A stretch of 64,000 nucleotides of DNA from Terrimesophilobacter sp. GTDB taxonomy: Bacteria; Actinomycetota; Actinomycetes; Actinomycetales; Microbacteriaceae. Under the pieces are notes generated by a model. That model was not told the origin of the DNA and did not search any database. It worked only from the letters and a program-made list of their open reading frames with translations. Position numbers and translations under genes: made by a program. The stretch's first letter is position 1. The number at the start of each line of letters is the position of its first letter. Location: the NCBI GenBank assembly GCA_039924285.1, contig JBDTBD010000003.1, forward strand, positions 17,179 through 81,178, read 5' to 3'. Of the stretch, positions 57,067 through 64,000 are shown in pieces.

Positions 57067-57677
57067 AGGCCCCCGTTTTCGCGCACGGCCACCTACGGTT
57101 GTACCTGCTGAACCTGCTCGCGACCGAGCCGATGCATGGCTACGAACTCATCCACGCGCTGGAGACCCGTTTCGGCGGCACCTACATTCCGAGCGCAGGC
57201 ACGATCTACCCTCGACTGGCGAAGCTCGAAGATGAGGGCCTCGTGACCAAGACCACCGACGGGCGCAAGACCGTCTACGCGATCACGGATGCCGGCAAGG
57301 CCGAGCTGGACGAGCGCCAGTCCGAGCTGGACGGCATCGAAAGCGACGTGACCGACTCGGTGCGACGCCTGGCCGATGAGGTGCGCTCGAGTGTCGACTC
57401 GGCGATGCGCAGTTTGCGGGCCGACCTAGCGGCATCCGCCCGCGAAGCGCGTCGCGAGGCCCACCAGCCCGGACGCAGCGAGCACACCACGCACACCGAC
57501 ACCGTTCGCGAGGTGAGCAACGAGCAGCTGCGGGCGGCGGAGCTGGTGCTCAACGAGTTCCGGCACCAGGTGCGCGCGGATCTGCGCACGCTGGCGGCGC
57601 GCGGGCAGGTGTCCAAGGAGACGGTTGCCGTGCTCAAGGAGCAGCTGGCCTCGGTGCGGTCTGGTTTGATGCATTAG
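57063..57677 (+). CDS. PadR family transcriptional regulator
   Basis: LRLYLL.LL..P.HGYELI, PSAGTIYPRL.KLE.EGLV, Y.ITDAG. Confidence 0.93.
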   Translation: MKAPVFAHGHLRLYLLNLLATEPMHGYELIHALETRFGGTYIPSAGTIYPRLAKLEDEGLVTKTTDGRKTVYAITDAGKAELDERQSELDGIESDVTDSVRRLADEVRSSVDSAMRSLRADLAASAREARREAHQPGRSEHTTHTDTVREVSNEQLRAAELVLNEFRHQVRADLRTLAARGQVSKETVAVLKEQLASVRSGLMH

Positions 57678-57696
57678 ACGGATGTTTGCGGCCACT

Positions 57697-57738
57697 TTGT
57701 CACCAGCGCGTCCGGTCGACCGGGCGCGCTGGTGACAA
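57697..57738 (+). terminator. Stem-loop after padR
   Basis: TTGTCACCAGCGCGTCCGG-tcga-CCGGGCGCGCTGGTGACAA. Confidence 0.75.
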
Positions 57739-57852
57739 CCGGATGCGGACGCTTCGGCGGGCTCCTCTGCGACCGCTGACGCGCCGGCCTGCGAAGGGAA
57801 GCCGCATCCTGGTGTATTCACAGCACCGTCAACGGGTGTAGTGTCGCTGCTC

Positions 57853-59943
57853 GTGACTAACGAAGTTCGGTCGCCTAAACGGTGGCTGATCGGCGAACCG
57901 TTGTCTTCCGACAAGCTCGAAGGCCAACTGCTCCCGAAACATTTAGCGCTCCCGATCTTTGCCAGTGACGCGCTGTCTTCCGTCGCATACGGGCCTCAGG
58001 AACTTCTGCTGATCCTAACTCTCGGCGGACTCGGGTTCCTCAGTTTTGCCCCGTGGGTGGCCGCGGCCGTCGTGGTCGTGCTGGTCACCGTCGTAGCGTC
58101 GTACCGGCAACTGATCAAGGCCTACCCCTCGGGCGGCGGCGACTTCGAGGTCGCGCACAAGAACCTGGGTGAAAAGGCGGGTTTGGTCGTCGCGTCCGCC
58201 CTGCTGATCGACTACATCCTCACCGTCGCCGTGTCGGTGGCCAGCGGCGTGGACAACATCATCTCCGCGTTCCCCGCACTGCACAGCTGGCGGGTCGAGT
58301 TGGCGGTCATGTTCGTGATCCTCCTGGCCGCCGTCAACCTGCGCGGCGTGCGCGAATCCAGCAAGGCCTTCGCGCTGCCGACCTATTTGTTCATCGCCAG
58401 CGTGCTCGTCATGATCGCCGTCGGTCTGGTCCGGATGCTGTTCGGCAACGCCCCCGTGGCCGAGTCGGCGCAGTACACGGTGCACACCCAGGATCTCACC
58501 CAGGTGGCGTTCGTGCTGCTGCTTCTGCGTGCCTTCGCCAGCGGATGCAGCGCCCTCACCGGCGTGGAGGCCGTCGCCAACGGCGTGCCGGCGTTCCGAC
58601 GGCCGAAGGTCAAAAATGCCCAGCGCACCCTGGTGCTGATGGGCAGCATCGCCGCGGTGTTGTTCTCCGGGGTGATGGTCATGGCCCTGGTCAGCCGCGT
58701 GCACTACGCCGAGACGCCGTGTGACCTGGTCGGCTGGGCCCAGTGCGCGACGTCACCGCAGCGCAGTGTGATCGCCCAGCTCGGCGCGGCAGTGTTCGGC
58801 GGACCCAATCAGATCATGTTCTACGTGCTGCAGGCCGCCACGGCCGCCGTGCTGCTGCTGGCTGCGAACACTGCGTTCAACGGCTTCCCACTGCTCGGCT
58901 CCGTGCTGGCTCGTGACAGCTACGCGCCCAAGTCGCTCCAGACCCGCGGCGACCGGCTCGTGTACTCGAACGGTGTCATCGTGCTGGGCCTTGCGGCGAT
59001 TCTGCTGCTGCTGATCTACCGGGCCAACCTGTCCGCGCTCATCCAGCTGTACATCATTGGTGTGTTCGTGTCGTTCACCCTCGGGCAGACCGGCATGGTG
59101 CGTCACTGGATAAGGCTGCTGCGCGAGGGCGCCGAGAATCGCAGTCAGGTCATCCGGAGCCTGTCGATCAACTCGTTCGGCGCGTTGCTCACCGCGACGG
59201 TGCTGCTCGTGGTGACGGTGACCAAGTTCACGCACGGTGCCTGGCTCGTGTTCGCGATCGGGCCGGTGTTGTACTTCCTGATGCTCGGGGTGAACCGCTA
59301 CTACAAGGGCGTGGAGCGGGATATCGAGGTTGATCCGACCACCCGGTTCGGCGCGGACGGCGACCACGCCGTCGTGCTGGTGGGGCGGATGCAGAAACCC
59401 ACCCTGAAGGCGCTCGACTACGCCATCGCCGCCCGCCACGAGAGCATCGAGGCGGTGCACTGTTCCATCGACGACGACGCCACCGAACTGCTCGAAGAGC
59501 AGTGGACGCAGATGAACATCGCGGTGCCGCTGCGCGTTATCCAGTCGCCGTACCGCGACATCAGCTTCCCGTTGATCAGATACATCAAAAAGCGCCGCAT
59601 TGACCACGGCTCGGAGGTCATCACTGTCTATATCCCGCAGTACATCGTCGGGCACTGGTGGGAGAACCTGCTGCACAACCACAAGGCCAGGCGCATCCGC
59701 CGCAAGCTCCTGCTGTGCCACGGCGTCACCGTGGCGCTCGTGCCGTGGCTGCTGGATTCCTCGAGCCGACTGTACGCCAGGCCGAAGCGGCCACTGCCCG
59801 GCCAAGACCGACGCGGCGAGCCGGTGCGCCGGGCGGTGGTGCGCAAGCCGCTGCCGCCGGCTGTGCCGCTCCGGGATGCCGAACACGGTAAGGGTGCTAG
59901 CGGCACGACCCCAGCCGGCCGGCAGCCGGCCGGCAAGAAGTAG
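57853..59943 (+). CDS. APC family permease, KimA/YdaO-like (probable K+ importer)
   Basis: IFASDALSSVAY, YPSGGG, DYILTVAVS, FASGCSALTGVEA..NGVP, C-terminal soluble domain SPYR..WWE..LHN. Confidence 0.85.
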   Translation: MTNEVRSPKRWLIGEPLSSDKLEGQLLPKHLALPIFASDALSSVAYGPQELLLILTLGGLGFLSFAPWVAAAVVVVLVTVVASYRQLIKAYPSGGGDFEVAHKNLGEKAGLVVASALLIDYILTVAVSVASGVDNIISAFPALHSWRVELAVMFVILLAAVNLRGVRESSKAFALPTYLFIASVLVMIAVGLVRMLFGNAPVAESAQYTVHTQDLTQVAFVLLLLRAFASGCSALTGVEAVANGVPAFRRPKVKNAQRTLVLMGSIAAVLFSGVMVMALVSRVHYAETPCDLVGWAQCATSPQRSVIAQLGAAVFGGPNQIMFYVLQAATAAVLLLAANTAFNGFPLLGSVLARDSYAPKSLQTRGDRLVYSNGVIVLGLAAILLLLIYRANLSALIQLYIIGVFVSFTLGQTGMVRHWIRLLREGAENRSQVIRSLSINSFGALLTATVLLVVTVTKFTHGAWLVFAIGPVLYFLMLGVNRYYKGVERDIEVDPTTRFGADGDHAVVLVGRMQKPTLKALDYAIAARHESIEAVHCSIDDDATELLEEQWTQMNIAVPLRVIQSPYRDISFPLIRYIKKRRIDHGSEVITVYIPQYIVGHWWENLLHNHKARRIRRKLLLCHGVTVALVPWLLDSSSRLYARPKRPLPGQDRRGEPVRRAVVRKPLPPAVPLRDAEHGKGASGTTPAGRQPAGKK

Positions 59944-59992
59944 TCGCGCACCCGCATCGGCCTCGTCCGCATCCGCGTCGTCCCTTCCGCTT

Positions 59993-60074
59993 CCGAAATG
60001 ACGGACTTTTGGTCCTGGACACCCTCGGTTGCCAATGAGTGGTCTCGCGACCTACCAAATCTCCGTCATTTCGG
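59993..60074. repeat. 82-bp palindromic element, diverged copy 4
   Basis: CCGAAATGACGGA...TCCGTCATTTCGG; ACGGA/TCCGT core at the same offsets as copies 1-3. Confidence 0.6.
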
Positions 60075-60144
60075 AAGGGGACGGGAGGGGGCTGGCCGGA
60101 GGATCGAGAGCTGCAGGATCGGGGCCAGAGCGAGCGTACGTGCT

Positions 60145-61227
60145 CTACAGGTTACTGAGCTGCGCGACGACCTGTCTGGCGATCTGCCGGCCCGCACGGT
60201 TGGCGCCGATCGTACTGGCCTGGGGGCCGTAGCCGGCGAAGAAGATGCGCGGATCCTTCCAGGATGCTCCGGAGCCGACGGTCACGCCGCCGGCTTTCTC
60301 GCGCAGCTTGAGCGGTGCCAGGTGCCGAAGTTCCGGGCGGAAACCCGTGGACCAGAGGATCGCATCCGCCGCCAGGAAGGTGCCGCCGGCGAAGCGCACG
60401 CCGCCTGGCTCGATCGCCGTGAACATCGGTTTCGGTGTGAGCAGTCCGCGTTCCATGGCGGCGTGAATGCGCCGGGTCACCGGCACCCCGGTGCCGCTGA
60501 CAATGCTGGGCAGGGCCCGGCCGGCCCTGGCCGCCTCGTCTTGCAGGGCGACGGCCTTCGCCCGCGCCTCAAGATTGAGTTCGCCCTCGTCGCGGAATTC
60601 GGTGGGCCCCCTGGTGACCCACACCAACTCGGAGGCCACGTTCTCCAGTTCCATCAAAAAACCGATCGCCGAGGTGCCGCCGCCGACGACGACGACGGAC
60701 TGGCCGGCGAAGTCCGCCGCGTCGGTGTATTCGGTGGTGTGAAGTTGCCGGCCGGCGAAGCTGTCGCGGCCGGGATACCACGGCACGAACGGCGAACCCC
60801 ACGTCCCAGTGGCATTGACGACGACAGCCGCGCTCAGCTCGCCGCCGTCGTAAGCCACAACGAGCTCGCTGCCCCGATTGAACACCTGCCGTACGGCACT
60901 TGGCCGGTGCACCTGCAGGTCGTAATACTCTTCATAGTGCCGGTAGTAATCGGCGACGACATCCTTCGCCGGGAGCGTGCGGCCAGCGGTTTCGAAGCTC
61001 ACGCCCAGTTCGTCCATGCCCGGCAGGTCGTTGATTCGATGGGCGGAGCCGATGCGCAGCGCCTCCCAGCGCAGTTGCCACGCGCCGCCGGTGCCCGGAC
61101 CTCTGTCGAAGACCACAAAATCCACGCCGGGAGCCAGGCCGAGACGGGCCAAATAATAGGAGACGGACAGCCCGGCCTGCCCGGCGCCAATAACGACAAC
61201 CTGGGCGTGGGTCGGGACGGGGTTCAC
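60145..61227 (-). CDS. NAD(P)/FAD-dependent oxidoreductase (flavin monooxygenase-like)
   Basis: GAGQAG, GGAW, NATG, F.G.QLHT..Y, VVGGGTSA, WSTGFR. Confidence 0.88.
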   Translation of the reverse strand: MNPVPTHAQVVVIGAGQAGLSVSYYLARLGLAPGVDFVVFDRGPGTGGAWQLRWEALRIGSAHRINDLPGMDELGVSFETAGRTLPAKDVVADYYRHYEEYYDLQVHRPSAVRQVFNRGSELVVAYDGGELSAAVVVNATGTWGSPFVPWYPGRDSFAGRQLHTTEYTDAADFAGQSVVVVGGGTSAIGFLMELENVASELVWVTRGPTEFRDEGELNLEARAKAVALQDEAARAGRALPSIVSGTGVPVTRRIHAAMERGLLTPKPMFTAIEPGGVRFAGGTFLAADAILWSTGFRPELRHLAPLKLREKAGGVTVGSGASWKDPRIFFAGYGPQASTIGANRAGRQIARQVVAQLSNL

Positions 61228-61395
61228 GACTTCACGTTAGCGGTATGGCGCAGGTCAATTTGCTGTAGCGTATGCCCCTGGGGTGCCACGCGTAGTAAAA
61301 AAGCGCATGCTAAAGTTAGAAGTTAGTTTTGCATCCTTGTAGGCCGATCCTGGGGTTCTTTTCCCCGCAGGCTGGAATTCGTGAGGGGGTTATCC

Positions 61396-61617
61396 GTGGG
61401 ACGTGGTCGCCAGAAGGCAAAGCACACCAAAGTCGCCAGGGAGCTGAAATACTTCAGCCCTGACACCAACTACGGCGCGCTTGAGCGCGAATTGACGCAC
61501 GGCGCCGAGAAGAACCCGGCGCTGGATGAAGACCTCGAGAAGTGGCCTGAGTACGCGGCCGGCTCGGCGGCATCCGGGGACGATGACGAGTTCGAGGGCC
61601 ACACCAAGCGCGCCTGA
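61396..61617 (+). CDS. DUF3073 family protein
   Basis: MGRGRQKAKHTKVARELKY signature; usual location next to purM. Confidence 0.92.
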   Translation: MGRGRQKAKHTKVARELKYFSPDTNYGALERELTHGAEKNPALDEDLEKWPEYAAGSAASGDDDEFEGHTKRA

Positions 61618-61663
61618 GTTTCGAGACGACTCGTCGAGCGCGGCCAATTACGACGGGCACCGG

Positions 61664-62812
61664 TCAGGCGCGGTAGGCACCGATCAGGCGCACGGCCCCG
61701 CCGCGCACCCCCTTGGCACCTTGCTCGAACCCGGCGAGGTCGCGCGAGCCGGTCGACACGACACCGGCCTGCCACGCCGGGAGGCCGGCCGCGGCCAACG
61801 AGGCGATGATGGCACTCGCCGCATCCGGCGCCACGATCGCGATCATACCGATGCCAAGATTCCAGGTGCCCTCGGCACTTTCCAGGCTGGTTCCGGCCAG
61901 CTCGCTTAACACTCGGAACACGACGGACGGAGACCACGTCGCGCGGTCCACCTCCACCCAGGATTCGACCGGCAGCACGCGGGCCAGATTAGCGGCGATG
62001 CCGCCGCCGGTGACGTGGCTGAGGGCGTGCACGGCGCCCGGATGTTCGGTGAGCAACCCGAGCAGCGGCGCCGTGTAAAGCCGGGTCGGCTCAAGCAGCA
62101 CCTCGCCGACAATGCCGCCGAAGTCATCCGACCGATCGAGGTAGCCGATGTCACGCTTCGCGAGAATGTGACGCACCAGGGAGAAGCCGTTGCTGTGCAG
62201 TCCGGAGGAGGCGAGCGCAATCACGGCATCGCCGTCGCGCACGCGGTTTGCGCCGAGCAGCGCATCCGCCTCGACCGCGCCGACGGCTGCTCCCGCGACG
62301 TCGTAGTCATCGGGGCCGAGCAGGCCCGGATGTTCGGCGGTCTCGCCGCCGACGAGCGCAGTGCCGGTGGCTGAACAGGCGCGCGCGATGCCGGCGACGA
62401 TGTCGGCGATACGAGCCGGGACGACCTTGCCGCACGCGATGTAGTCCGTCATGAACAGCGGTGTCGCGCCGACCACAACGATGTCGTCAACGACCATGCC
62501 GACCAGGTCCTGCCCGATCGTGTCGTGCTTGTCGAGCGTCTGGGCGATGGCGATCTTGGTGCCGACGCCGTCGGTGGAGGTGGCCAGCAGCGGATGCGCG
62601 TAGGCCTTCAGCGCAGACGCGTCGAAGAGTCCGGCGAATCCGCCGACTCCGCCGAGTACTTCAGGTCCGTGGGTTGCCCCCACGGCCGCCTTCATCAGTT
62701 CGACGGCGAGGTCGCCCGCTGCCGTGTCGACCCCGGCGGCGGCGTAGCTGTCCACCTCCGACACACCCGCTGGCGCTTGCTCCTCAGGGACCGAAGTCGG
62801 AGAGGTGCTCAC
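61664..62812 (-). CDS. purM: Phosphoribosylformylglycinamidine cyclo-ligase
   Basis: YAAAGVD, GGFAG, STDGVGTK, GGETAEHPG, SSGLHSNGFS, HVTGGG. Confidence 0.97.
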   Translation of the reverse strand: MSTSPTSVPEEQAPAGVSEVDSYAAAGVDTAAGDLAVELMKAAVGATHGPEVLGGVGGFAGLFDASALKAYAHPLLATSTDGVGTKIAIAQTLDKHDTIGQDLVGMVVDDIVVVGATPLFMTDYIACGKVVPARIADIVAGIARACSATGTALVGGETAEHPGLLGPDDYDVAGAAVGAVEADALLGANRVRDGDAVIALASSGLHSNGFSLVRHILAKRDIGYLDRSDDFGGIVGEVLLEPTRLYTAPLLGLLTEHPGAVHALSHVTGGGIAANLARVLPVESWVEVDRATWSPSVVFRVLSELAGTSLESAEGTWNLGIGMIAIVAPDAASAIIASLAAAGLPAWQAGVVSTGSRDLAGFEQGAKGVRGGAVRLIGAYRA

Positions 62813-63999
62813 TCCTGACGACCAGGGTCGCCGAGAATCGGGCCGCCGATCCGCAGGGCGTGAGCGCGCAGGCTGTCGGCGTCGAACAGCACGCCGGCCA
62901 GTTCCGCATCGGGGCTCCGCTCGCATCCATCGCTCGCGGCATCCTGCGGGATCGTTTGGTCCAGGCGCCGCGCATCCGGAATTGCGATCGGATACTTCCC
63001 GGTGAAGCACGCGGTGCACAATTCCCGCCGCGGCTGGGCGGTAGCGGCAATCATCCCGTCCTCCGACAGGTAGCCGAGGCTGTCGGCACCGATGGCCTGA
63101 CGCACCTCGTCGACCGCGAGGCCGGCTGCCAGCAGTTCCGCGCGGGAGGCGAAGTCGATGCCGTAGAAGCACGGCCACTTGATCGGCGGGCTGGAGATGC
63201 GCACGTGCACCTCCGCGGCGCCAGCCTCGCGGAGCATCGCCACCAACGCGCGCTGGGTGTTGCCGCGCACGATCGAGTCGTCCACGACGATGAGGCGCTT
63301 GCCCTTGATTACGTGACCGAGCGGGTTCAGCTTCAGCTTGATGCCGCGCTGCCGAAGCGTCTGGGACGGTTGGATGAAGGTGCGTCCGACGTACGCGTTC
63401 TTCACTAGTCCCTGCCCGTAGGGGATGCCGGCGGCTTCCGCATAGCCGATCGCCGCGGGCGTGCCGGACTCCGGCACCGGGATGACGAGATCCGCTTCGA
63501 CCGGATGCTCCGCGGCCAGTCGGCGGCCCATTTCCACGCGGGCTTCGTGCACGCTGCGACCGGCGATGGTGGTGTCGGGGCGGGCAAGGTAAACGTACTC
63601 GAACACGCATCCGGACCGCTTCACCGGGGCGAATCGCTGGGTGCGCAGGCCGTTCTCGTCGATCGCGATCAGCTCGCCAGGCTCGACCTCGCGCACGAAC
63701 GAGGCGCCGACGATGTCGAGCGCCGCTGTTTCGCTGGCGACGACCCAGCCGCGTTCGAGTCGGCCGAGCACGAGCGGGCGCACCCCCTGCGGATCGCGCG
63801 CCGCATAGAGGGTGGTCTCGTCCATGAATACGAAACAGAACGCGCCGAGCAGTTTCGGCAACACCTCGAGCGCTGTCGCTTCCAGGGTGTGGTCGAGGTC
63901 GCCGGTGAAGAGCGCCGTGACCAGGGCGGTGTCTGTCGTGTTGCCGCGCCGCAGTTCGCCATCGTTTTCGGGGTAGCGCTCGTGCACGAGCCGCAGCAG
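62809..63999 (-). CDS. purF: Amidophosphoribosyltransferase (5' end outside the window)
   Basis: ARDP.GVRPL, ASET, CVFEYVYLARPD, PVPESG, VVDDSIVRGNT, CFYGID, CTACFTG. Confidence 0.97.
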   Translation of the reverse strand: MLRLVHERYPENDGELRRGNTTDTALVTALFTGDLDHTLEATALEVLPKLLGAFCFVFMDETTLYAARDPQGVRPLVLGRLERGWVVASETAALDIVGASFVREVEPGELIAIDENGLRTQRFAPVKRSGCVFEYVYLARPDTTIAGRSVHEARVEMGRRLAAEHPVEADLVIPVPESGTPAAIGYAEAAGIPYGQGLVKNAYVGRTFIQPSQTLRQRGIKLKLNPLGHVIKGKRLIVVDDSIVRGNTQRALVAMLREAGAAEVHVRISSPPIKWPCFYGIDFASRAELLAAGLAVDEVRQAIGADSLGYLSEDGMIAATAQPRRELCTACFTGKYPIAIPDARRLDQTIPQDAASDGCERSPDAELAGVLFDADSLRAHALRIGGPILGDPGRQE

Positions 64000-64000
64000 C

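Noticed and set aside
57740-57852. c-di-AMP (ydaO) riboswitch upstream of the KimA-like permease
   Set aside because: Consensus elements are not recognisable, and a -10-like TAGTGT lies only 8 nt before the start

Overview
High-GC actinobacterial chromosome segment. Gene content and protein style suggest Microbacteriaceae (Cryobacterium/Leifsonia-like); this is an inference. (1) 1-21.6 kb: the 3' part of a Wzx/Wzy-type surface polysaccharide locus. It has a NeuD-type acetyltransferase, a DegT aminotransferase, six glycosyltransferases, a flippase, a deacetylase, two Wzz-like proteins and a Wzy/O-antigen-ligase-like protein. Embedded in it is a carrier-protein module (AMP-ligase, BtrK-like PLP decarboxylase, ACP, asparagine-synthetase-like amide ligase lacking Cys1, GNAT-like protein) and a secreted DUF4082/beta-helix protein. 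(2) 21.7-31 kb: a secreted protein/MFS/TolB-like trio, pip, ugd, recQ, lhgO and a WbpD-like acetyltransferase. (3) 31-64 kb: mostly core genes: acyl-CoA oxidase/dehydrogenase, ROK regulator plus sugar ABC transporter, EamA, MalT/LuxR regulator, a kynA-amidohydrolase-kynU-PaaX tryptophan catabolic operon with no kynB, a DEAD-box helicase with a long N-terminal repeat, an esterase, an RND pump, yczE with a decayed yczR, DUF4097-PadR, a KimA-like permease, DUF3073, purM and purF. The best candidates for undescribed biology are the ACP-dependent aminoacyl tailoring module of the polysaccharide, a probable non-orthologous kynurenine formamidase, and a family of fixed-length 82-bp palindromic intergenic elements together with a palindrome-flanked DUF559/AbiEi-like remnant. 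No rRNA, tRNA, CRISPR or intact transposase was seen. All family calls come from motif recognition by eye, not database searches.
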